Shown here piece after piece: positions 19,404 to 28,080 of a stretch of 60,166 bases of DNA. Made by a program: the position numbers and the translations under genes. This stretch comes from Eubacteriales bacterium (GTDB taxonomy: Bacteria; Bacillota; Clostridia; Saccharofermentanales; UBA5734). Within the stretch, counting starts at the first letter, position 1; each line of letters starts with the position of its first letter. Location of the stretch: assembly GCA_028695145.1 (NCBI GenBank), contig JAQVJP010000003.1:1-60166 (forward strand). Reading direction: 5' to 3'. Below the pieces are notes generated by a model. That model was not told the DNA's origin. It saw only the letters and a list, made by a program, of their open reading frames with translations, and made no database searches.

Positions 19404-21329
19404 ATGCAAAATTATGTTGGAATAATTAAGCAGTCAGGTCGAGACGCCCTGCTGATTCTTGATCGGCCTGATCAGCTGGTCGGCAGAGAACTGTTTATAC
19501 CCTCAAGATATCTACACGGCGCACCGTTTGGGATGAAGGCAGTCGCCAGGCTTACTGCTGAACCAGGCCCTGATGGACTTGGTGCGACAGGAGAGATAAC
19601 TGAAGTTCTTGGCGATCCCGGCAGACCGGATATAGCCATACTGGGCATAATTCGTCAGTACGGCTTGTCTGAGAAATTTCCAGCACGCGTTTTAAGTGAA
19701 GCTGAGAAATATGGAGTTAATCCTGATCCTGAATCTATAGAAGAAGAAATCAGACGTGGCCGCAGAGATTTGCGTGACTTACGAACTATAACCATAGATG
19801 GTGAGGACGCACGTGATCTTGATGATGCTGTAAATATTGAAAAAACTGAGAATGGCTATCATCTTGGTGTGCACATTGCTGATGTTACATATTATGTTCA
19901 GGAAAACAGTGTGCTTGACCGTGAAGCCAGAGAACGCGGTACCAGTGTATATCTATCTGACCGTGTCTTGCCCATGTTGCCTCCGCGATTGTCAAATGGC
20001 ATTTGCAGCTTGAATCCCGATGTCGACCGACTGACTCTTAGTGCTATTATGGAGTTTGATAATGACGGAAGACAAGTAGGCGGCGAGATTTGTGAGAGTA
20101 TAATTCGAAGCAAGGCCCGTACATCTTACAAAGAAGTCAAGAAATCCTTGGAAACCGGAGAAGTCTTACCAGATCGCTACCCTCAATTTTTAGATGATTT
20201 GCGAAATATGCGTGAGTTGTCGGATAAAATGTCTGAACTCAGGCGTGAACGTGGATCGATAGATTTTGAGTTCCCCGAGACACATGTCGATTTGGATGAG
20301 AACGGCAAACCAACAGCAATTTATGCCTATCCTATCAGTTTTGCTAATGGGATTATCGAGTCGTTTATGATTGCGGCAAATGAGTTTGTTGCCTTAACTG
20401 CAACTGCTGAGAAACTGCCATTTTCCTATCGAGTTCATGAACTGCCAGATCCGGAGAAACTTGATAAGTTTATCAAATTGGCCAATGTTTTTGGTGTTCA
20501 AATGAAGCTGCGTGGAAAACCAACCCCGGCTATGCTGGCGGCAGCGTTAAACAAGGTTAAACAGGAACCGTTCGGACTGACCTTGTCGCAACTGCTTCTG
20601 CGCTCACTGGCAAAAGCTCGCTATGCTCCTGATAATCTTGGGCATTTTGGTCTGGCATCAACAAATTACTGCCATTTCACTTCGCCGATACGACGCTATC
20701 CAGATTTATTCGTCCATCGTGTTCTCAAAGGCTGGCTACATAGTGATGTGCCCAGATCACGCTGGAATAAACTGGCTGACAGTATCAGCGAGCATAGCTC
20801 CGATATGGAGAGAACCGCGATGCAAGCTGAGCGTGATTCAGTTGACCAGAAAGCTGCTGAATATCTGAGCGAACATTTGGGTATGACTTTTATAGGTGTT
20901 ATATCTGGCTTCAATCCTGCTGGCTTCTTCGTACAATTGGAGAACACTGTTGAAGGTATGGTACCTTTTCGCAGCCTTGACGGGTACTATGATTTTATTG
21001 AAGAGAGGCTGTGTGCAGTTAATTACAGTAGCGGTACCCAGTTGCATATAGGCGACCCGGTTGAGGTTCAGGTTGCTCAGGTTGATGTCATCAGGAGACG
21101 GATAGATTTCGAAATGATCAAGCATGAAGCTGCCCAGGGTAGCCATGTATCCAGTATGGCTGATAAAATTCGCAGCGGTCGCAGGGGAAAACCTGACAGT
21201 AGAAGAAAACCTAAATCTACGGTACCTTATGTTGGCAACAGAAGTGGCAAGAAGAATAAATTAAAGTCTGCCGGATCTACTAAATCGAAAAAATCAGGTA
21301 AGACAAAACCTCGTCGTAAGAAAAAGTGA
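19404..21329 (+). CDS. rnr: ribonuclease R (cold-shock domain + RNB + S1 + basic C-terminal tail)
   Basis: RNB catalytic-domain motifs (…ITIDGEDARDLDDAV…); S1 domain (…GMTFIGVISGFNPAGFFVQLE…); Lys/Arg-rich tail; strong RBS. Confidence 0.9.
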   Translation: MQNYVGIIKQSGRDALLILDRPDQLVGRELFIPSRYLHGAPFGMKAVARLTAEPGPDGLGATGEITEVLGDPGRPDIAILGIIRQYGLSEKFPARVLSEAEKYGVNPDPESIEEEIRRGRRDLRDLRTITIDGEDARDLDDAVNIEKTENGYHLGVHIADVTYYVQENSVLDREARERGTSVYLSDRVLPMLPPRLSNGICSLNPDVDRLTLSAIMEFDNDGRQVGGEICESIIRSKARTSYKEVKKSLETGEVLPDRYPQFLDDLRNMRELSDKMSELRRERGSIDFEFPETHVDLDENGKPTAIYAYPISFANGIIESFMIAANEFVALTATAEKLPFSYRVHELPDPEKLDKFIKLANVFGVQMKLRGKPTPAMLAAALNKVKQEPFGLTLSQLLLRSLAKARYAPDNLGHFGLASTNYCHFTSPIRRYPDLFVHRVLKGWLHSDVPRSRWNKLADSISEHSSDMERTAMQAERDSVDQKAAEYLSEHLGMTFIGVISGFNPAGFFVQLENTVEGMVPFRSLDGYYDFIEERLCAVNYSSGTQLHIGDPVEVQVAQVDVIRRRIDFEMIKHEAAQGSHVSSMADKIRSGRRGKPDSRRKPKSTVPYVGNRSGKKNKLKSAGSTKSKKSGKTKPRRKKK

Positions 21330-21343
21330 TAAATGCTAATACA

Positions 21344-21386
21344 AAAAAGCTCTGCCTTTAATGATTTATCGGCAGAGCTTCTTTAA
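21344..21386. terminator. bidirectional rho-independent terminator (aaaaaa-aagctctgcc…ggcagagctt-cttt)
   Basis: 10-bp stem flanked by an A-run upstream and T-rich tract downstream, between convergent rnr and the HPr-like gene. Confidence 0.65.
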
Positions 21387-21404
21387 GATGTTTATAAAAT
21401 AAGA

Positions 21405-21632
21405 TCAGATCATAAACTGACGAAGTTTGTTTTCAAGATCCTGACCGTCCGCATGATGTATCTCGACATCAATTGGCTTAGCCAAATCAAGACTGAAAAT
21501 GCCCATGATTGATTTGGCGTCTACAATGTAGCGACCTGATGCAAGATCTACATCATATGGGAACTCATTTACAATTCTGACAAACTCTTTGACATCATTG
21601 ATCGATTTCAGATGAACAGTGAATTTACGCAT
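21405..21632 (-). CDS. HPr-like / Crh-like phosphocarrier-fold protein lacking the His15 active-site motif
   Basis: 75 aa; …DAKSIMGIFSLDLAKPIDVEI… aligns with the HPr region around regulatory Ser46 (KSIMGVMSLGI); no GxHARPA motif at the N-terminus. Confidence 0.6.
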   Translation of the reverse strand: MRKFTVHLKSINDVKEFVRIVNEFPYDVDLASGRYIVDAKSIMGIFSLDLAKPIDVEIHHADGQDLENKLRQFMI

Positions 21633-21838
21633 ACTATATCTCCTTAGAAACTTAATATTTCAGCTTGCCTTGCAAGTATCAACAGTAACGGTTATGCTGT
21701 GCTTATTGTGCAATAATCGAGCGCATAATGTCAACTAACAATATGTATTATATTTTCAAAAAAATTTAAACAACGGGAGTGCTTCCTGGCAATGTGCGAT
21801 ATTATAAGAGCTATTTGCCAATGGGATGAATACAGAAT

Positions 21839-23209
21839 ATGAATAAATACAAAGTAGCTTTCCATACGCTTGGCTGCAAAACCAATCATTATGAAACGGA
21901 TGTCATAGCCAGACAATTCAACTTGCACGGATTCGAACAAGTTGATTTTCGTGAACCTGCAGATGCCTATATTATCAATACATGTACCGTTACAGGTGAA
22001 GCCGATCGCAAATCACGTCAGATGTTAAGGCGTGCCAAGCAGAATAATCCTGAAGCGGTTGTTGTGGCAATGGGCTGCCATGCTGAATTATCTGATACTG
22101 CTGACTACGCGGATCTTTGTATTGGTACACAGGGCAAGAGTCGTGCGGTACAGCTTGTAAAAGATGCTCTTAATGCCAAAGCCGCTAATGCAGAAAAAAA
22201 CGGCGGCATATTTCAAGTTGATTCTTATAAGTATGATGAGCGGGAGGGCCATCACACATATGATGATAATCCTGCTTACGAGGAATTAGGTATCTCAGAA
22301 ATTCAATCCGAGACGAGAGCATATCTCAAAATTGAGGATGGTTGCAATGCTTTTTGTAGTTACTGCACAATTCCACTTGCTCGAGGCAGAGTGCGCAGCA
22401 GAGAGCCTGATGCAATTATGCAGGAAGCCAGAACTCTGGTAAAAGCAGGCTATAAGGAAATTGTTCTTACAGGTATTCATTTGTGTTCATATGGCCTGGA
22501 GCGCGGTGAGCCAAGTCATTCGGTTGCCTTGCTGGCGGGTGAACTTGCTGGAATCAATGGTCTTGAGAGAATAAGACTCGGTTCTTTGGAGCCTCTGTCA
22601 GTTACTGATGAGTTTTTAAGTGTTTTGTCTAATAACAATAAGATATGCCCACATTTCCATTTGTCATTACAAAGCGGTTGTGATAAAACACTTAAGGCCA
22701 TGAATCGAAGATACAATACTGAGCAGTACAGACAAGTTGTTCATAAAATTCGTCAGATATGGCCACTGGCCGGGATAACAACCGATATAATTGTAGGATT
22801 TCCGGGCGAAACAGAAGCAGATTTTCAAACAAGTTTAGAGTTCTGCGCGGAAATGGAGTTGTCGCGTGTGCATGTGTTCCGCTTCTCGCCGCGTGAGGGA
22901 ACAAGAGCGGCAGATATGAGTGGACAAGTATCGCCCGCAGAATCAGCTGAACGAAGCCGTAAAATGCAGGGTCTTGCCGACCAGATGTCTCTTGCGTTTA
23001 ATAAGAAAATATTTAATAGCAAACTGCCATTTTTTGTTTTGCTGGAGAAGCTGCGTGAAGATGATAGACTTATGACCGGCTACACGGACAGTTATGCTCC
23101 TGTTCTCGTTGCCGGGCTTGATGCCAAAAGCAGCAATAAACTGATACAGGTAAAATTTACCGGATTTGATGAACATTTTCTTCGTGGTTTGCCTGTAAAA
23201 GCCGATTGA
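21839..23209 (+). CDS. mtaB: radical-SAM methylthiotransferase, MtaB/MiaB family (tRNA ms2t6A/ms2i6A)
   Basis: N-terminal MTTase Cys triad (FHTLGCKTNHYETD…NTCTVT…); radical-SAM CxxxCxxC (GCNAFCSYCTIP). Confidence 0.8.
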   Translation: MNKYKVAFHTLGCKTNHYETDVIARQFNLHGFEQVDFREPADAYIINTCTVTGEADRKSRQMLRRAKQNNPEAVVVAMGCHAELSDTADYADLCIGTQGKSRAVQLVKDALNAKAANAEKNGGIFQVDSYKYDEREGHHTYDDNPAYEELGISEIQSETRAYLKIEDGCNAFCSYCTIPLARGRVRSREPDAIMQEARTLVKAGYKEIVLTGIHLCSYGLERGEPSHSVALLAGELAGINGLERIRLGSLEPLSVTDEFLSVLSNNNKICPHFHLSLQSGCDKTLKAMNRRYNTEQYRQVVHKIRQIWPLAGITTDIIVGFPGETEADFQTSLEFCAEMELSRVHVFRFSPREGTRAADMSGQVSPAESAERSRKMQGLADQMSLAFNKKIFNSKLPFFVLLEKLREDDRLMTGYTDSYAPVLVAGLDAKSSNKLIQVKFTGFDEHFLRGLPVKAD

Positions 23210-23257
23210 TTCATGATAATATTATAAGCGTCTATAACGCTGGCAGGAGGTATTTTT

Positions 23258-23509
23258 ATGGCCGGTAATGAAACAACTCGCTTCGAACTTGGTGAGGATC
23301 ATAGCAGGGAAGCACGAGAGATTATGACAGACGTTTTAAGCTCGCTACGTGAGAAAGGTTATAATCCTGTAAATCAACTGGTAGGTTATTTTTTGTCAGG
23401 TGATCCGACTTATATTACCAATCATAAGGGAGCACGTGCTGTTATACGCAGGATGGAGCGCGATGAACTGCTGGAAATAATGATCAGGGATTATATTTCG
23501 AGACTTTGA
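23258..23509 (+). CDS. ireB: IreB family regulatory phosphoprotein (UPF0297)
   Basis: 83 aa; highly conserved UPF0297 pattern (…VLSSLREKGYNPVNQLVGYFLSGDPTYITNHKGAR…); sits upstream of ruvX as in Bacillus yrzL-yrrK. Confidence 0.8.
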   Translation: MAGNETTRFELGEDHSREAREIMTDVLSSLREKGYNPVNQLVGYFLSGDPTYITNHKGARAVIRRMERDELLEIMIRDYISRL

Positions 23510-23512
23510 TCT

Positions 23513-24601
23513 ATGAAAACAAGACTACTTGGAAGAAGTAATATTTCTGTTTCGCGCCTGTGCTTCGGTTCGCTGACTGTCAGCCCGTCACAGGCCGATT
23601 TGTCTCCCCTGGCTGGTGGTGAGTTAATCGCCTACGCGCTCGATCATGGTGTTAATTTTATTGATACAGCGCAGATGTATCAGACATATCCTCACATCAA
23701 GGCAGCTCTAACTAACATATCAAGCAAACCTGTAATCAGCAGTAAAACTTATGCCTGGAACAGGGAAGATGCTTGGGCTGCTGTTGATGAGGCCAGAAGA
23801 GAACTCGATCTCGATTATATTGATATTTTTTTGTTGCATGAGCAGGAAAGTGTCATGACAATGCATGGCCATGCTGAAGCGCTGAAAGGCCTGCTCGATT
23901 TGAGAGATAAGGGTGTTATTGGTGCTGTTGGGATTTCCACACATGCTATTGAGCCAGTGAGGGCAATGACTCAAGCGATTTCGAATAATTTATCTGATCT
24001 GTGGCAGGAATTCGATCCGGGTCCCTGGCGTGAAGCTGATATAATCCATCCTCTGCTGAATAAGAGTGGTATAGGTTTGCTTGATGGATCTGCGTTTGAT
24101 ATGCGTGTTGCGGTCAAGGAAGCCGCGGATGCCGGTCTTGGCATATACGGTATGAAAATGTTTGGTGGAGGACATCTTCTGTCTGATTTTGGGCAGGCTG
24201 TTGCTTACTCTCTAAGTCAGAACTGGATTGCTTCTTATGCTGTTGGTATGCAGAGTTTTCAAGAAGTAGATGCTAATATTAAATTGTTTGAGCGCTATGA
24301 AGACTATGAGAGAGAGCAACAAAATAAGAACAGAGATGTGTCTGATGGCGATTTTTCAGGGGTGTTCGAAGAGGAAACAGAAATTATTGTTGATCTTAAC
24401 AGGTTCAGTACCGGCCAAGACAACCGCCATTTGATAGTATCAGATTGGTGTACCGGTTGTGGAAGCTGCCTGGAACGCTGCAAATCGGATGCGCTTTCTA
24501 TAAACCCATTAACAAATAAAGTTGTCGTAGATCATAGTCGCTGTACTTTGTGCAGTTACTGTGCTTCTGCTTGTAGAGATTTTGTTTTGAAAATTATTTA
24601 A
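23513..24601 (+). CDS. aldo/keto reductase fused to a C-terminal 2x[4Fe-4S] ferredoxin domain
   Basis: AKR TIM-barrel N-terminus (LGRSNISVSRLCFGS…IDTAQMY…); C-terminal CTGCGSCLERC and CTLCSYCASAC cluster motifs. Confidence 0.75.
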   Translation: MKTRLLGRSNISVSRLCFGSLTVSPSQADLSPLAGGELIAYALDHGVNFIDTAQMYQTYPHIKAALTNISSKPVISSKTYAWNREDAWAAVDEARRELDLDYIDIFLLHEQESVMTMHGHAEALKGLLDLRDKGVIGAVGISTHAIEPVRAMTQAISNNLSDLWQEFDPGPWREADIIHPLLNKSGIGLLDGSAFDMRVAVKEAADAGLGIYGMKMFGGGHLLSDFGQAVAYSLSQNWIASYAVGMQSFQEVDANIKLFERYEDYEREQQNKNRDVSDGDFSGVFEEETEIIVDLNRFSTGQDNRHLIVSDWCTGCGSCLERCKSDALSINPLTNKVVVDHSRCTLCSYCASACRDFVLKII

Positions 24602-24624
24602 AGTTTTAATATAAGGAGAAAATC

Positions 24625-25059
24625 GTGGCTGTTATGGAACGTTGGCTTGGTATTGATTATGGTGAGGTCAGAGTCGGAGTAGCAATTAGCGATCCTCTGG
24701 GATTTACGGCTCGGGGACTTGAGACGATACGTTGGAACGGACGTAATATGGCAAAAGTTATTGATCGTCTTCAGGAGCTTATCCGGCAATATGAAATAAC
24801 CGGAGTTGTTGTTGGCGTTCCCAGAAGAACAGATGGTAAACCGGGGGCGTCTGAGGATAACGCAAGAGCGCTGGCATCTGATCTTGGAGACAAAACTGGT
24901 GTCAAAATTATCTTGAGAGATGAACGTTATACCACTGTGCTGGCATCACGTGTAATGCGTGAAACCGGTGTTCATCGGGATCGGCGCAGAGATATTGTCG
25001 ATCAAATAGCCGCGGAAATAATTTTACAAGAATATCTTGAGAGTTTACGTACAACTTAG
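24625..25059 (+). CDS. ruvX: RuvX/YqgF putative pre-16S rRNA nuclease (Holliday junction resolvase-like)
   Basis: …WLGIDYGEVRVGVAISD… RNase H-like motif; about 140 aa; AAGGAG RBS placing the GTG start at 24625. Confidence 0.85.
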   Translation: MAVMERWLGIDYGEVRVGVAISDPLGFTARGLETIRWNGRNMAKVIDRLQELIRQYEITGVVVGVPRRTDGKPGASEDNARALASDLGDKTGVKIILRDERYTTVLASRVMRETGVHRDRRRDIVDQIAAEIILQEYLESLRTT

Positions 25060-25164
25060 TCGCATTGAATCAGATTGATATGGTATAATGACACATGCTT
25101 TTGCCGGTATATTATCGGTAGCTGGCGGATAATAATAGATCTGTGTTTTAAGGAGGATCTGTAT

Positions 25165-25566
25165 ATGTTTTTTTTCGATGATGATTGCTGTTGTTCCGGT
25201 GTAGAGGATGAGGGCTGCTGCTGCGGTGGTACTGATACTGAAGGCTGTAATTGTGATGATGAGGGTTGTGATTGCGGTCATGATCATGATCATGATGCTG
25301 CGACTATAGTCATGACAGACGCGGAAACTGGCGAAGAGTATACTTTTACCATCGTTGATGATTTCCCATTTGAGAATGAGCATTTTTGTGTTCTGATCAC
25401 TGTTGATGACGAAGAGCCGGAAATGGTTATCACCAAGGTTGTGACGATGGATGATGGCACAGAGGGCTTGATGAGCCTTGATGAGGAAGAGTACGACAAA
25501 GTTTATGCTGAGTACGAGCGCCTCTGTGAGGAAGAGGATTATGAAATCGAGGATGAGGAAGAATAA
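25165..25566 (+). CDS. DUF1292 (UPF0473/YrzB-like) protein with Cys/His/Asp-rich N-terminal extension
   Basis: AAGGAGG RBS before ATG 25165. C-terminal roughly 90 aa fit the DUF1292 pattern (…EYTFTIVDDF…HFCVLITVDDEEPEMVITKV…EEEYDKVYAEYE…). N-terminal 45 aa: DDDCCCSGVEDEGCCCGGTDTEGCNCDDEGCDCGHDHDHD. Confidence 0.6.
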   Translation: MFFFDDDCCCSGVEDEGCCCGGTDTEGCNCDDEGCDCGHDHDHDAATIVMTDAETGEEYTFTIVDDFPFENEHFCVLITVDDEEPEMVITKVVTMDDGTEGLMSLDEEEYDKVYAEYERLCEEEDYEIEDEEE

Positions 25567-25876
25567 TAAACCGACCGTTTCTGTCAGAGATGACAGGGCT
25601 TCTAACGAAGATGTACTGGCTGTTATTGCTGATATCGACAGCGGCCGCGAGTATTATATGTCTTTTATTGACTCGTTTCAGATGCGGGGCCGCGATTATA
25701 CCGTGATGTATAATTATGAGCCTGATGATGGAAGCCACAGAGAACCTGAGATTGTTATTCTGCGTGCTGAGAGACATGTGAATGGAGAGCAATATTTCAA
25801 GTCTATTCGTGATAAACGCGAGCTTGATGCTGCTTTTAACATGTTTTACAGCCGTTTCATCAACAACGATAATTAA
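25541..25876 (+). CDS. second DUF1292 (UPF0473) paralog
   Basis: …EYYMSFIDSFQMRGRDYTVMYNYEPDDG…IVILRAERHVNGEQYFKSIRDKRELDAAFNMF… fits DUF1292. Start uncertain: 25541 (GAGGAAGAGG RBS) is proposed over the alternatives 25478 and 25553; overlaps the end of the preceding gene. Confidence 0.5.
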   Translation: MKSRMRKNNKPTVSVRDDRASNEDVLAVIADIDSGREYYMSFIDSFQMRGRDYTVMYNYEPDDGSHREPEIVILRAERHVNGEQYFKSIRDKRELDAAFNMFYSRFINNDN

Positions 25877-25905
25877 GTCGGTACGTTTGGGTTATGGCGG
25901 CTAAT

Positions 25906-25934
25906 GGCCGGGTCGCAGTGAGACCCGGCTTTTG
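25906..25934 (+). terminator. rho-independent terminator (ggccgggtc-gcagtga-gacccggc + TTTT)
   Basis: 8-9 bp GC-rich stem followed by a T-run. Confidence 0.6.
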
Positions 25935-25992
25935 CAAGTCGATAACTTACATGAGTTTATCAGACTGTTTAACAAGAAGAAGAGAGTGAAAA

Positions 25993-27033
25993 ATGGATAT
26001 TGGAAATGACGACAAAGAAATGAATACTTCAGGCGAAGCAGGCCAGGAATCCGTAACAGAAACTTATTCTTATCAACAACCCGGACGCATAAAATATGCC
26101 GATCACAAGAATGATATAGGCGGTCCGGGTAAGCCGCGCAGGTTCAGTATACGAACAGTGCTTATTCCACTGGTTTTCATGTTTGTTCATTTTCTGGCTA
26201 TAAACGTTGTAGCTATGGTTTTTTTGCTCGCGCTGTTGGTGATAAACAGTGGTGGTTCTATTGACATGAACCTGCTGGCCGATGTGGATTACCTCAATGA
26301 GTTGATTATCAGCAAGAATTCACAGATAACGGTATTTTACGCTTTGGCACTGCTGCCGGTATATCTGGTTTATCTTACTTTTGCGAGGCGCAGGCATCCT
26401 GAGGCTGTTTTACTATCTAAGCCCCGTATGGTCAATGATTTGCTGCCATCATTAGCAATCATGATTGGTGCTATGGGTTTTACTAATTTATACTTCGTTC
26501 TTCTCGAATGGCTCAGTAGTGTCAGCCCGTTAGTCGAAGGCCTGATGAATGATTATATCGAGCTTTCATCAATGGCCTTTACCTCTGAGGGGGATTATTT
26601 GTGGTTGATTCTTGGTGTAGGTATAGCAGCTCCTGTGGTTGAAGAACTTCTCTTCCGAGGTATTATTCAAGGCGAACTAAGACGTGCCATGCCTGAATGG
26701 CTGGCTGTAGTTATACAAGCTTTGGCTTTTGCCATTTTTCATATGCAGCCTATACAATCAAGCTATGTATTTTTACCCGGACTTCTTCTTGGTGCTGCGT
26801 ATGCCTGGTCGCGTTCGTTGTGGGTTCCTATTGTTATGCACATATTTTTCAATCTGCTTGGAAGCTTGGTGCCAAGTCTTATTCAGTCAGACGAGATGCT
26901 GGTGCAGATTGTAGGTCTCACACAAATGGCGTTTATTCCGGTAGCTGTGGCGGCTGCTGTTTATATGTTTCTCAGCAGTCGGAAGAAGAAAATGCAACAA
27001 CAGGAGGTTTCAGCATATGAGTCTACGTTATGA
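25993..27033 (+). CDS. CPBP family intramembrane glutamic endopeptidase (CAAX protease/Abi-like)
   Basis: Multi-TM protein with an EExxxR motif (VVEELLFRGII), FxxxH (FAIFH) and a later HIFFN His. Confidence 0.7.
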   Translation: MDIGNDDKEMNTSGEAGQESVTETYSYQQPGRIKYADHKNDIGGPGKPRRFSIRTVLIPLVFMFVHFLAINVVAMVFLLALLVINSGGSIDMNLLADVDYLNELIISKNSQITVFYALALLPVYLVYLTFARRRHPEAVLLSKPRMVNDLLPSLAIMIGAMGFTNLYFVLLEWLSSVSPLVEGLMNDYIELSSMAFTSEGDYLWLILGVGIAAPVVEELLFRGIIQGELRRAMPEWLAVVIQALAFAIFHMQPIQSSYVFLPGLLLGAAYAWSRSLWVPIVMHIFFNLLGSLVPSLIQSDEMLVQIVGLTQMAFIPVAVAAAVYMFLSSRKKKMQQQEVSAYESTL

Positions 27034-28039
27034 AAAAAACTTGGTGATACCTGAGGGTTATCAAGCCGAACTTGACCTGAGGGAAACGGAGCTTGCTATC
27101 AAACAAATAAAAGATAGGGTAGAAGCTCAGATAGCGGATACTCTTAATCTTACAAGAGTTTCTGCGCCGTTGTTTGTGCGCAGAGAGACCGGCTTAAACG
27201 ATGATCTTAACGGAGTGGAAAGACCGGTCAGTTTCGATATCAAAGAACTTGGCGCAAATGTCGAGATTGTGCATTCACTTGCCAAATGGAAACGAATGGC
27301 GCTTGGACGTTACGGATTTGAGCCTGGTGAAGGTATATATACTGATATGAATGCTGTTCGTCGTGATGAAATACTTGATAATCTGCATTCGGTATATGTT
27401 GATCAATGGGACTGGGAGAAAATCATTAAAAAAGATCAGAGACATATCGAATATCTTCAGGCGGTAGTGCGTGAGCTCTTCGCTTGCTTCAAGCGAGTTG
27501 AGAACTATGTTTCGCGTGAATTTGCCTGCATTAAGCGTAAACTGCCGGATGAAGTCTTTTTCATTACGACTGAGGAGCTTCTGCAAATGTATCCGGATAA
27601 AACTGCAAAAGAGCGTGAGGACGCTATTTGTCAGGAGAAGAAAGCCGTTTTTATTATGGGAATAGGCGCTCCGCTGTCCGATGGCAAGGCCCATGATGGA
27701 CGTGCACCTGATTATGATGATTGGCAGCTTAATGGAGATCTTCTTTTCTGGTATCCGACACTTGAAAGAGCTTTTGAAATATCATCAATGGGTATTCGTG
27801 TAGACGAGAATAGTATGCATAGCCAGCTTGAGGCGGCCGGCTGTCTTGATCGTGAACAAATGGATTTCCATAGAAGAATTATTGAAGCTGCTCTGCCGTA
27901 TACCATTGGTGGTGGTATTGGTCAGTCGCGGCTTTGCATGTTTTTCCTGGACAAGGCACATATTGGTGAAGTGCAGTCTTCAGTATGGCCTGAAGAAATG
28001 ATAGCTGCGTGCGATCAAAATGGCATCAGATTGTTGTGA
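27017..28039 (+). CDS. asnA: aspartate--ammonia ligase (asparagine synthetase A)
   Basis: Class-II aaRS-like AsnA signature across the full length (…RVSAPLFVRRETGLNDDLNGVERPVSF…GIGQSRLCMFFL…); AGGAGG RBS. Confidence 0.85.
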   Translation: MSLRYEKNLVIPEGYQAELDLRETELAIKQIKDRVEAQIADTLNLTRVSAPLFVRRETGLNDDLNGVERPVSFDIKELGANVEIVHSLAKWKRMALGRYGFEPGEGIYTDMNAVRRDEILDNLHSVYVDQWDWEKIIKKDQRHIEYLQAVVRELFACFKRVENYVSREFACIKRKLPDEVFFITTEELLQMYPDKTAKEREDAICQEKKAVFIMGIGAPLSDGKAHDGRAPDYDDWQLNGDLLFWYPTLERAFEISSMGIRVDENSMHSQLEAAGCLDREQMDFHRRIIEAALPYTIGGGIGQSRLCMFFLDKAHIGEVQSSVWPEEMIAACDQNGIRLL

Positions 28040-28080
28040 TGTCGTGAAAATAGTTTGGGTCAGGATACAGGAATTGTGTA

